Source of the DNA: Microvirga sp.
GTDB lineage: Bacteria; Pseudomonadota; Alphaproteobacteria; Rhizobiales; Beijerinckiaceae
Assembly: GCA_036742625.1 (NCBI GenBank)
Contig: DAINQO010000003.1
Location: 2,478-66,477 of the forward strand
Direction of reading: 5' to 3'
Length of the DNA stretch: 64,000 bases
Shown here: one piece after another, positions 7,438-15,820 of the stretch
How the letters are laid out: the number at the start of each line of letters is the position of its first letter
How positions within the stretch are numbered: position 1 is the first letter of the stretch
The notes under the pieces: generated by a model
Databases searched by the model: none
Told to the model about the DNA's origin: nothing
What the model saw: the letters and a program-made list of their open reading frames with translations, nothing else
Program-made: the position numbers and the translations under genes

Positions 7438-9540
7438 ATGGCGGAGGGCCGCGGTCGGCGCGAACCGGTGTTCGATGCGCGCGACGCGTCGGCGCTCAAC
7501 CTGCGCCTGTGGCGTGAGGACCGGGCCGGGGGAGAGATGCCGAAAGCGCGCAGCGCCGGGCCGGCCAGGAAAGAGCGCGGCGGCAAGCCGCCGCGTAAGC
7601 GCCGCTCGATCCTCAGCCGCCTCGTCTATGGCGCGGTGGTCGCCGGCATCTGGGGCGTGATCGCCGTCTCCGGCATCATCGCCTACCACGCCGCACAGCT
7701 GCCGCCGATCGATCAGCTCGCGGTGCCGAAGCGGCCGCCGAACATCGCGATCCTCGCCGCCGACGGCACGCTGCTCGCGAACCGCGGCGAGACCGGCGGG
7801 CGCACCGTCGCGATCAAGGAGCTGCCGCCCTACCTGCCGAAGGCGTTCGTCGCGATCGAGGACCGGCGCTTCTACGACCATCTCGGCGTCGATCCGGTCG
7901 GCATCGCCCGGGCGCTGATGCGCAACCTCACCTCGCGCGGCGTCGCCCAGGGCGGCTCGACGCTGACCCAGCAGCTCGCCAAGAACCTGTTCCTGACCCA
8001 GGAGCGCACCGCCTCGCGCAAGATCCAGGAGGCGATCCTCGCCTTCTGGCTCGAGCGCAATTACGCCAAGGACCAGCTCCTCGAGCTCTACCTCAACCGG
8101 GTCTATTTCGGCGCCGGCGCGTACGGCGTCGAGGCGGCGGCGCAGCGCTATTTCTCGAAGCCGGCCCGCGAGGTGACGCTCGCCGAGGCGGCGGTGCTCG
8201 CCGGCCTCGTGCAGGCGCCGTCGCGCCTCGCCCCGAGCCGCAACCCCGAGGCCGCCAAGGCGCGTGGCGCCCTCGTTCTGGCCGCGATGGCCGATCTCGG
8301 CTTCGTCAGCCAGGCGCAGCTCAGGACGGCGCTTGCCAATCCGGCGAAGGCGGTGCGGCCGCAAGGGGCCGGAACCGCGAACTACGCCGCCGACTGGGTC
8401 ATGGACGTGCTCGACGACTTCGTCGGCGCGGTCGACACCGACATCGTCGTCACGACGACGATCGAGCCGACGCTGCAGGGCGCCGCCGAGCGCGCCCTCG
8501 TCGACGAGCTTGCCGCCAAGGGCCAGCGCTACAATGTCGGCCAGGGTGCGGTCGTGGCGATGCGCCCGGACGGCGCCGTGAAGGCCCTCGTCGGCGGCCG
8601 GAACTACGCCGAGAGCCAGTTCAACCGGGCGACCGCGGCGAAGCGCCAGCCGGGCTCCGCCTTCAAGCCCTTCGTCTACCTCGCCGCGATCGAGCGCGGG
8701 CTGACGCCCGACACCGTGCGCGAGGACGCGCCGGTGTCGATTCGCGGCTGGGCGCCGGAGAACTATACCCGCGACTACCGCGGCCCGGTGACCCTGCGCG
8801 ATGCGCTGGCGCTGTCGCTCAACACGGTCGCGGTGCGGCTCGGGATGGAGGTCGGCCCCAAGGCGGTGGTGCAGACGGCGCAACGCCTCGGCATATCCTC
8901 GCCGCTCCAGGCCAACGCCTCGATCGCGCTCGGCACCTCGGAAGTGACGCCGCTCGAGCTCGTCGGCGCCTATGCGGCCTTCGCCAATGGCGGGCGCGGC
9001 GTCATCCCTTACGTGATCGCCCAGGCGAAGACCGGCGCCGGCAAGGTGCTCTACCGGCGCCAGGAGGGCGGGCTCGGCCAGGTCGTCGAGCCGGGCGCGG
9101 TCGCCGCCATGAATGCGATGATGCGCGAGACCTTCGCGACCGGCACCGCCCGGGCCGGCGCGATCCCGGGCTGGGATCTCGCCGGCAAGACCGGCACGAG
9201 CCAGGATTTCCGCGACGCCTGGTTCGTCGGCTACAGCGCGACGCTTGTCGCCGGCGTCTGGCTCGGCAACGACGACGGCGAGCCGACGAAGCGCGTCTCC
9301 GGCGGCAACCTGCCGGTCGAGACCTGGGCCCGTTTCATGAAGACCGCGCTTGCCGGCCAGCGCCCCGGGCCGTTGCCCGGCGGCTCAGGGGCATCCGGAG
9401 GCCGCCCATCCGACCCGCCGACGGCGAGCCTGCGCCCCGGCCCGCTGGCCGCGCTCCCGCCGCGCCAGCCCGCCGACAGCGGCTGGACGCCGCCGTCGCG
9501 CGAGGACCGCGGACTGTTGAGCCGGCTCCTCGGAAACTAG
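7438..9540 (+). CDS. Class A penicillin-binding protein (PBP1A family transglycosylase/transpeptidase)
   Basis: 700-aa ORF. GT51 motifs EDRRFYDHLGVD and GGSTLTQQL. Transpeptidase motifs SAFKPF (SxxK), SLN and KTGTS. N-terminal TM anchor and Pro-rich C-terminal tail. The start could instead be the internal MPKARS. Confidence 0.9.
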   Translation: MAEGRGRREPVFDARDASALNLRLWREDRAGGEMPKARSAGPARKERGGKPPRKRRSILSRLVYGAVVAGIWGVIAVSGIIAYHAAQLPPIDQLAVPKRPPNIAILAADGTLLANRGETGGRTVAIKELPPYLPKAFVAIEDRRFYDHLGVDPVGIARALMRNLTSRGVAQGGSTLTQQLAKNLFLTQERTASRKIQEAILAFWLERNYAKDQLLELYLNRVYFGAGAYGVEAAAQRYFSKPAREVTLAEAAVLAGLVQAPSRLAPSRNPEAAKARGALVLAAMADLGFVSQAQLRTALANPAKAVRPQGAGTANYAADWVMDVLDDFVGAVDTDIVVTTTIEPTLQGAAERALVDELAAKGQRYNVGQGAVVAMRPDGAVKALVGGRNYAESQFNRATAAKRQPGSAFKPFVYLAAIERGLTPDTVREDAPVSIRGWAPENYTRDYRGPVTLRDALALSLNTVAVRLGMEVGPKAVVQTAQRLGISSPLQANASIALGTSEVTPLELVGAYAAFANGGRGVIPYVIAQAKTGAGKVLYRRQEGGLGQVVEPGAVAAMNAMMRETFATGTARAGAIPGWDLAGKTGTSQDFRDAWFVGYSATLVAGVWLGNDDGEPTKRVSGGNLPVETWARFMKTALAGQRPGPLPGGSGASGGRPSDPPTASLRPGPLAALPPRQPADSGWTPPSREDRGLLSRLLGN

Positions 9541-9646
9541 GCCGGCGGCGCGACGCCGGTCATGGCCTGAGGCACGCGCCTCGGGCCATGCTTGAGAGCG
9601 CCCGATCCGGCGTGCATAGTGAATTGTCGGACCAGATCGGGAGGAA

Positions 9647-10981
9647 ATGATGCGCACGCTCGTCTCGCTGGCGTTCGTCGGCATGCTCGGTTCCGCGGCC
9701 TTCGCGCAAGGGGCCGAGAAGTGGGTCACCAGCTGGGCCGCCTCGCCGCAAGGGCCCTACCCGATCGGCAATCCGTCGGTGCAGCCGAACCAGAGCTTCC
9801 ATTTTCCGGCCGCAGCGACCGGTGCGCGGGATCAGTCATTCCGGCTGATCGTCCGCCCGGACATCTGGAGCCGCCAGGTTCGCCTGCGGCTTTCGAACGC
9901 CTTCGGAACGAAGCCCGTCACCTTCGACGGCGCCTTCGTCGGGCTGCAGCTCGGCGCCGCGGCGGTGATGCCGGGCACGAACCAGCCGGTGCGCTTCGGC
10001 GGCCAGGACAGCGTCACCGTAAAACCCGGCGAGTGGGTGTGGAGCGATCCCGTGACGCTGCCCTTCGTGCGCGAGCCGGCCGAGCTGTCCGGCCGCAAGC
10101 TCGCGGTCAGCTTCCACGTCGCCGGCGAGAGCGGGCCGATGACCTGGCACGCCAAGGCCCTGCAGACGTCCTACGTCACGGCGCCGGGCGCCGGCGCGAA
10201 GGGCGCCGTCGAAGAGGAGGCGGCGTTCCCGTTCCCGACCGCATCCTGGTTCTTCCTCGACGCCGTCGACGCGATGGCCGCAGCCGATGCGCAGGCGATC
10301 GTCGCCTTCGGCGATTCGATCACCGACGGCACCGCCTCGACCATGAATGGGGACGACCGCTGGCCGGACGTCCTCGCGCGACGGCTGCGCGCCGCCTACG
10401 GCAACCGCGTCGCGGTGGTGAACGCCGGCATCGGCGGCAACCAGGTCGCCGGCCCGCCCGAATACTCGCCCGAGAAGCCGTTCCCCGGCGGGCCGTCGGC
10501 CGCGGCGCGGCTCGATCGCGACGTCATCGGCCTTTCCGGCATCACGACCTTCATCTGGCTCGAGGGCATCAACGACTTCAGCCGGAACGGCAACGCCGCC
10601 GTCGAGGCGGTCGAGGCCGGCATGCGGGACGGCGTGGCGCGGCTGCGCGCGAAGATACCCGGCATCCGCGTCCTCGGCGCGACCGTCGTGACCGCGCTCG
10701 CCAGCACGAGCGCCGCCCACGGCTTCCCGGAGCAGGACGAGAAGCGCAAGCGCCTCAATGAGTTCATCCGCACGTCCGGCGTGTTCGACGCGGTGCTCGA
10801 CTTCGACCGGGCGACCCTCGACCCGCAGACCGGCGGCCTCAAGCCCGAGTTCGTGCCCGACAGCACCGCCGGCGGCCCCGGCGACAAGCTGCACCCGAAC
10901 CGCGTCGGTTATCTCGCCATCGCGACGTCGATCGACCTCAAGACGCTCCTCGGCAAGGAGCTTCAGCCGGCGACGCGGTAG
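9647..10981 (+). CDS. Secreted SGNH/GDSL-family hydrolase
   Basis: 444 aa. Signal peptide MMRTLVSLAFVGMLGSAAFAQG. GDS block IVAFGDSITDG. C-terminal DKLHPN block. GGGAGGA Shine-Dalgarno upstream. Confidence 0.8.
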   Translation: MMRTLVSLAFVGMLGSAAFAQGAEKWVTSWAASPQGPYPIGNPSVQPNQSFHFPAAATGARDQSFRLIVRPDIWSRQVRLRLSNAFGTKPVTFDGAFVGLQLGAAAVMPGTNQPVRFGGQDSVTVKPGEWVWSDPVTLPFVREPAELSGRKLAVSFHVAGESGPMTWHAKALQTSYVTAPGAGAKGAVEEEAAFPFPTASWFFLDAVDAMAAADAQAIVAFGDSITDGTASTMNGDDRWPDVLARRLRAAYGNRVAVVNAGIGGNQVAGPPEYSPEKPFPGGPSAAARLDRDVIGLSGITTFIWLEGINDFSRNGNAAVEAVEAGMRDGVARLRAKIPGIRVLGATVVTALASTSAAHGFPEQDEKRKRLNEFIRTSGVFDAVLDFDRATLDPQTGGLKPEFVPDSTAGGPGDKLHPNRVGYLAIATSIDLKTLLGKELQPATR

Positions 10982-11021
10982 CGCTGCTCTTGAGGCGGGC
11001 CCGGCTGCCCGCGCGCGCCGC

Positions 11022-11762
11022 CTACCCGAACTTGTGCAGCTCGCTGCCGTGGCGCTTGAGCCAGCGCTCGGCCTCCTCGGTGCGCTCGCACAGGCCGTGG
11101 ACGATGCGCCAGAAGCGGTGCGAGTGGTTCATCTCCTTGAGGTGGGCGACCTCGTGCGCGGCGAGGTAGTCGAGCACGAAGGGCGGGGCGAGGATCAGCC
11201 GCCAGGAGAAGCTCAGGCAGCCCTTGGCCGAGCACGAGCCCCAGCGGCTCGTCGTATCGCGCACCGTCAGCCGCCGCGCCGGGACGCCGAGCGCCGCGGT
11301 GTGGCGGATCACCGCCTCGGCGAGGTCGCGGCGGGCCTCCCGCTCCAGGAACTCCCGCACCCAGCGGGCGACATGGGCCGGCTCGCCGGTGACGGCGATG
11401 ACCGGCTCGCCATAGGGGTCGAGGGTCGCGCTGGTGACGCCGCGGATCGCCGACCAGTGCACGATCCGGTGCGGCACGCCGCGGAACGGCAGCCTGGTGC
11501 CATGGGCGAGCCGGACCCGCCGCGGCACCTTGGCGATCCGGGTCGCGATCCAGTCGCCATGCGCGTCGGCGAAGCGCCTTGCGGTGTCGAGGTCGGTGCG
11601 CTGCGGCAGGGTCAGGACGATGTCGCCGGTCGCGCTCGACACCCGAAGCGTGATCCGCCGGGCGGTGTTGCGCCGCCTCAAGGCGACGCGGAACCGCTTC
11701 CCGGCGTGGTTCACGTCGAGGTGGGGCGGGTCCGGAGGCCGGCGGAAAAGGGCGAATCCCAT
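11022..11762 (-). CDS. M48-family metallopeptidase, DUF45/YgjP-like
   Basis: 246 aa with HExxH (AAHEVAHLKEMNHSHRFW) and the typical DUF45 layout (…SRWGSCS…). Confidence 0.8.
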   Translation of the reverse strand: MGFALFRRPPDPPHLDVNHAGKRFRVALRRRNTARRITLRVSSATGDIVLTLPQRTDLDTARRFADAHGDWIATRIAKVPRRVRLAHGTRLPFRGVPHRIVHWSAIRGVTSATLDPYGEPVIAVTGEPAHVARWVREFLEREARRDLAEAVIRHTAALGVPARRLTVRDTTSRWGSCSAKGCLSFSWRLILAPPFVLDYLAAHEVAHLKEMNHSHRFWRIVHGLCERTEEAERWLKRHGSELHKFG

Positions 11763-11802
11763 CGCCCGCGATCTTGCAGCTAGGCTTCAGCCTTGTCAGC
11801 CG

Positions 11803-11834
11803 CGCGCAATGTCATCTTGCGCGATTTTGTTTTT
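11803..11834 (+). terminator. Intrinsic-terminator-like hairpin with a T-tract on the + strand only
   Basis: cgcgcaa-tgtcatc-ttgcgcg (stem 11803-11809 / 11817-11823) followed by attttgttttt. Both flanking genes are on the minus strand. Confidence 0.4.
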
Positions 11835-11866
11835 CTGCTTAGCCGCGCCCCGCCAGCGATGAGCGG

Positions 11867-13165
11867 CTAGCCCACGACCTTGCGCAGGCGCGGCGGCGCC
11901 CGCCGGCCGGCGTTCACGCCCATCTCCTCGTTGAGGATGAAATCGGCTATCCGCGGCGCGGTCTCGGAGCGGAAGCGGGAGCCGTTGAAGACGCCGTAAT
12001 GGCCGACATTGAGCTGGAGATGGTAGACCTTCTTCTCGACGGCCAGGTTCGGGGTCAGCTGCAGCGCCGCGAGCGTCTGGCCGACGCCGGAGATGTCGTC
12101 CTTCTCGCCTTCGATCGCCATGATGGCGCAACGGCGGATGGCCTTGAGATCGATGGGCTTGTCGCGGTGCATCATGGTGCCGTTAGGAAGCTCATGATCG
12201 ACGAAGACCTTCTCGACGGTCTGAAGGTAATATTCGGCGGTCAGGTCCATGACCGCCAGGTATTCGTCGTAGAACTCCCGATGCTTCTCCGCTGAATCGC
12301 CGTCGCCGCGCACGAGATGCTTGAACATGTCGTAATGGGCGGTGAGGTGCCGGTCCATGTTCATCGCCATGAAGCCGGAAAGCTGGAGGAAGCCGGGATA
12401 GACATCGCGCCAGAAGCCGGGATAGGACGCCGGCACCTTGACGATGCAGTTGCGGCGGAACCAGTCGACGCCGCGCTCCTGGGCGACCTTGTTGACCGCC
12501 GTCGGCGAGCGCCGGGTGTCGATCGGGCCGCCCATGAGGATCATCGAGCGCGGCGTCAGCGGGTCGTCCTCGGCCTCCATGCGGGCGATCGCCGCCATCA
12601 CCGGCACCGAGGGTTGGCACACCGCCATGACGTGGAGGTCGGGGCCGAGCGCCCGGAACATCGAGATCAGGTAGTCGATGTAGTCGTCGAGGTCGAAGCC
12701 GCCCTCCGACAGCGGCACCATGCGGGCGTCGGCCCAATCGGCGATCATGACCTGGTGGGTCGGAAGGAAGGCCTCGACGGTGCCGCGCAAGAGCGTCGCG
12801 AAATGCCCCGACATCGGCGCGACCATCAGGATCTTGGGCTGCGGCCGGTGCGCGAAATTGAGCGCCCGGTCGAAGGCGATCACCCGCCCGAAAGGACGCT
12901 CCCACACGACGCGCTCGGTGACGGGGACGCGCTGGCCGTTGACGCTCGTCTGGTTGAGTCCGAAGGCCGGCTTGCCGTAGCGGCGGGTCGTGCGCTCGAA
13001 GAGCTCACAGGCCGCCGAAACGGTGCGGCCGTAGGGCGTGTGGGTCAGGGGATTGGCGGGATTGTTGAAGATCAGGCGCCCGACGTCCGAGGCGGCGCGG
13101 GCCGGCGACAACATCAGATGCGCGGCTTCGTACCAGTAGTACGCGAGGTCCATCTGCACCCCCAT
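11867..13165 (-). CDS. phaZ: Intracellular polyhydroxyalkanoate (PHB) depolymerase
   Basis: Track ORF 11867..13558 trimmed to ATG 13165 (MGVQMDLAYYWYEAAHLMLSPARA…; alternative ATG 13153). Sequence is typical of the intracellular PhaZ family. Confidence 0.85.
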   Translation of the reverse strand: MGVQMDLAYYWYEAAHLMLSPARAASDVGRLIFNNPANPLTHTPYGRTVSAACELFERTTRRYGKPAFGLNQTSVNGQRVPVTERVVWERPFGRVIAFDRALNFAHRPQPKILMVAPMSGHFATLLRGTVEAFLPTHQVMIADWADARMVPLSEGGFDLDDYIDYLISMFRALGPDLHVMAVCQPSVPVMAAIARMEAEDDPLTPRSMILMGGPIDTRRSPTAVNKVAQERGVDWFRRNCIVKVPASYPGFWRDVYPGFLQLSGFMAMNMDRHLTAHYDMFKHLVRGDGDSAEKHREFYDEYLAVMDLTAEYYLQTVEKVFVDHELPNGTMMHRDKPIDLKAIRRCAIMAIEGEKDDISGVGQTLAALQLTPNLAVEKKVYHLQLNVGHYGVFNGSRFRSETAPRIADFILNEEMGVNAGRRAPPRLRKVVG

Positions 13166-13443
13166 GGTCGGGGCCCTTGTTCCCTCGCTCGCGCGAGCCG
13201 GGCCTGCCACTAACCGTGTGCCCAACTGTATGGTTCCAGGTCGGGAATTCAACGCCTGCAACCCTTTACGGAGTCTTAAGGTTGTGGAGTGTGCCCAATT
13301 TGACGCGCTTTTCCGAGGCTTTTTGCCCGTTTCCTGGGCGCTCGCCTCTCTGCAGCGACGAATTGCCGTGCAACGATTGCCAAGCTGGTCAGTTTTCCTG
13401 AGATCGCCCCGCGAGAGCGCCTCGCCCGAAAGCTTCTGAGCCC

Positions 13444-14814
13444 ATGTGGCGTCTCTTCCGCATCCGCAAGGACCGGGTCTTCTTCCTCGCATCGCTCGGG
13501 CTTGCGGTCCTGGCCGGCGTCTTCGCGCTCGGCTACTGGTACTTCGTCTCGCCGACAACGCTGGCGGTCGCGGTCGGGCCGCGCGGCGGGGTCGAGGAGC
13601 GGCTGATGCGGGCCTTCGCCCAGGCGCTCGTCGACCAGAAGCGCGACGTGCGGCTCCGGGTCTTGCCGTTCGACGACGTCAGGAAGAGCGCCGAAGCGCT
13701 TCAGGGCGCGAGGGCGGATCTTGCCGTCGTGCGCCCGGACGTGCTGCTGCCGAACAACGGCGGCACGGTTGCGATCCTGCGCGACGAGGCGCTGATCTTC
13801 GCAGCCCCGAAGGCGGCCAAGATCGACGACCTCGGCGACCTCGCGGGCAAGCGGCTCGGGGTGGTGAGCCACCACGAAGCCGACCTGCCGGCGATAGCCA
13901 AGGTGCTCAAGCACTACGAGCTTGCCGCGCCGAACCTCACCCTCGTGCCGCTCGCCCGGGACGAGGTCGAGGAGAGTTTCGCCCAGAAGCGCATCGACGC
14001 CCTTGGCTTCATCGCCGCCCCGGCGAGCGCCGAGGCGGGCGGGCTCATGCGCGTCGTGGCGAAGGTCTCGGGCGGCAAGGTCGCGGTCGTCGGCGTCGAC
14101 GAGGCGGAGGCGCTGGCGCAGAAAAGGCCGGCGCTTTCGACGTTCACGATCGCCCCCGGCAGCCTCGGCGGCCGGCCGAAGACGCCCGAGGAGGACGTGA
14201 AGACGCTCGCCGTCTCCTATCGGCTGATGGCCAGGATGGACGCCGACCGGGTGGTGATCGCCAAGGTCGCCCAGCATCTGTTCCAGCTGCGGCCGCGCGT
14301 CGCCCAGACGGAGCCGGCGATCGACCTGATGAAGGCGCCCGAGACCGAGACCTCGACGAGCGCCGCCCTGCCGAACCACCAGGGCGCGATCGACTACTAT
14401 TTCCGCGAGCAGCGCAGCTTCATGGACCGCTACGGCGACTGGATCTGGATCGCGCTCTTCGCCGGCGGCGGCCTCAGCTCCGCCTTCGCCTGGATCGGCC
14501 AGCTCTTCGCGCGCAAGCGCCGCGAGCTCGTCGACCAGGTGCTCGACCGCGTGCTCTGCATCCTGTCGGAGGCGCGCGGCGCGAAGACGGTCGCCGAGGT
14601 CGACGACCTCGCCATGGAGATCGACGGTCTCGTCACCCATGCGGTGCGCCACGCCCGCAAGCGCACCACCGGCACGAAGACCATGGGGGCGCTGATGCTG
14701 GCAATCGATTCCGCCCGCGCCGCCATCGCCGACCGCCGCCGCGACATCCTCGACGACGCGGCCGCGCCGAGCGCGCCGCGGCTGGCGCCGGCGCCCCGGT
14801 CCGGTACCGGGTGA
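13444..14814 (+). CDS. TAXI-family TRAP-type solute-binding-like protein with N- and C-terminal membrane anchors
   Basis: 456 aa. N-terminal TM (FFLASLGLAVLAGVFALGYWYFV). TAXI-like binding domain (…LAVVRPDVLLPNNGGTVAILRDEALIF…ALPNHQGAIDYY). A second TM (WIWIALFAGGGLSSAFAWIGQLF) and a roughly 90-aa helical tail. Confidence 0.7.
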   Translation: MWRLFRIRKDRVFFLASLGLAVLAGVFALGYWYFVSPTTLAVAVGPRGGVEERLMRAFAQALVDQKRDVRLRVLPFDDVRKSAEALQGARADLAVVRPDVLLPNNGGTVAILRDEALIFAAPKAAKIDDLGDLAGKRLGVVSHHEADLPAIAKVLKHYELAAPNLTLVPLARDEVEESFAQKRIDALGFIAAPASAEAGGLMRVVAKVSGGKVAVVGVDEAEALAQKRPALSTFTIAPGSLGGRPKTPEEDVKTLAVSYRLMARMDADRVVIAKVAQHLFQLRPRVAQTEPAIDLMKAPETETSTSAALPNHQGAIDYYFREQRSFMDRYGDWIWIALFAGGGLSSAFAWIGQLFARKRRELVDQVLDRVLCILSEARGAKTVAEVDDLAMEIDGLVTHAVRHARKRTTGTKTMGALMLAIDSARAAIADRRRDILDDAAAPSAPRLAPAPRSGTG

Positions 14815-14826
14815 GATCGCAATCGC

Positions 14827-14850
14827 CGTGGCTTCGGGGCCACGCTTTTT
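14827..14850 (+). terminator. Rho-independent terminator of the TAXI-like gene
   Basis: cgtggc-ttcggg-gccacg followed by cTTTTT, 13 nt after the stop codon. Confidence 0.6.
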
Positions 14851-15035
14851 AACCCTCTCACGGCTTCGTCAGGCGCAACACAATTTCGCCGCATCACGGC
14901 CAAGGCGCAGCCCCACTGGGTTTCGAAAACCAGGGTGTTACCCCGACGGCCCGGCTTCTCGGTTCACCGGTTAGTCAGCCCCCCAGCCCCCCGGGGTTTC
15001 GGGACAGCCGGGCCACCCTCTCTTCGACGGGTGAC

Positions 15036-15059
15036 AAAGGCCGCCGCAAGGCGGCCTTT
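15036..15059. terminator. Bidirectional terminator-like hairpin
   Basis: aaaGGCCGCCgcaaGGCGGCCttt: perfect 7-bp GC stem (10 bp if the flanking A/T triplets pair), short T-tract on either strand. It lies about 50 nt downstream of the minus-strand AhpD-like gene. Confidence 0.5.
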
Positions 15060-15107
15060 CCCGTGTCTTCACGCCGTTCCCGCGGCCGTATTCTCACAAT
15101 CCAAGGC

Positions 15108-15731
15108 CTACCGGGCCTGCCCGTGGTATTCCCGGTTCGGGCGCATATCGACGGCCGACGCCATCCGGTTCGACATGCTGAAGAACGACGCGACGGCGGC
15201 GACGTCCCAGACGTCGCGGTCCGAGAACCCGGCCTCGCGCAGCCGCGCCCGGTCCGGCTCCTCGACCGACCAGGGCGCATCCGTGAGCTTCACGGCGAAG
15301 TCGAGCATGGCGCGGTGGCGGGGCGGGAGCTCCGCGGCGCGGTAGTTCTGCACCAGCATCTCGGCCAGCACCGGGTCGCCCGAGAGCTGGCGCACGGCGG
15401 CGCCGTGGGCGGTGAGGCAGTAGTAGCAGCGGTTCTGGCTCGACACCACGACGGCGATCATCTCGCGCTCGAGCTTCGACAGCCCGGAGGGCGCCAGCAT
15501 GAGGTCGTTGTAGAACGCCGCGAAGGCCTCGAGCTTCTGGTTGTCGTGCGCATAGGCGCGCAGCACGTTCGGCACGAAGCCGATCTTCTCGTCGCATTTC
15601 GCGAAATAGGCCTGCATCTCGCCGGACAGCACGCCCTCCTTGAGGGCGAGCGCCGTGACCCGCCCGTCGACCTCCTGCGCCGCCGGCTTCACCCCGACCT
15701 CAGGCTTGCGCACCCGCTCTTTCGCCTTCAT
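15108..15731 (-). CDS. Peroxidase-related enzyme, AhpD-like / carboxymuconolactone decarboxylase family
   Basis: Track ORF 15108..15791 trimmed to ATG 15731 (MKAKERVRKPEV…). CxxC motif in SSQNRCYYCLTAHG. Confidence 0.8.
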   Translation of the reverse strand: MKAKERVRKPEVGVKPAAQEVDGRVTALALKEGVLSGEMQAYFAKCDEKIGFVPNVLRAYAHDNQKLEAFAAFYNDLMLAPSGLSKLEREMIAVVVSSQNRCYYCLTAHGAAVRQLSGDPVLAEMLVQNYRAAELPPRHRAMLDFAVKLTDAPWSVEEPDRARLREAGFSDRDVWDVAAVASFFSMSNRMASAVDMRPNREYHGQAR

Positions 15732-15820
15732 CGCCGTCCCCTCTGTCCTAAAGCCGGCGGCGAGCTTAGAACAAAGACGCCGGACGATCACGGACGAAGG
15801 GTCGCGGCAGGGAGGCTCTC

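Noticed and set aside
11867-13558. Long N-terminal extensions of track ORFs: phaZ to 13558, the rSAM gene from 3582, the UDG fusion from 4835, the DMGDH-type gene from 52107, the M81 gene to 44045, the M20 gene to 22063, the GST to 36974, the TPR protein to 37972.
   Set aside because: The extensions are Arg-rich, overlap neighbouring genes or read through repeat elements. Conserved family sequence begins at internal ATGs that have Shine-Dalgarno-like motifs or stop/start coupling. Trimmed starts are reported instead.
14851-15035. A cobalamin or glycine riboswitch, or SRP, 6S or tmRNA, in the structured spacer.
   Set aside because: I could not find the conserved cores of any of these RNAs, and no gene lies downstream on either strand for a riboswitch to control. 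It is kept only as a low-interest unexplained region.
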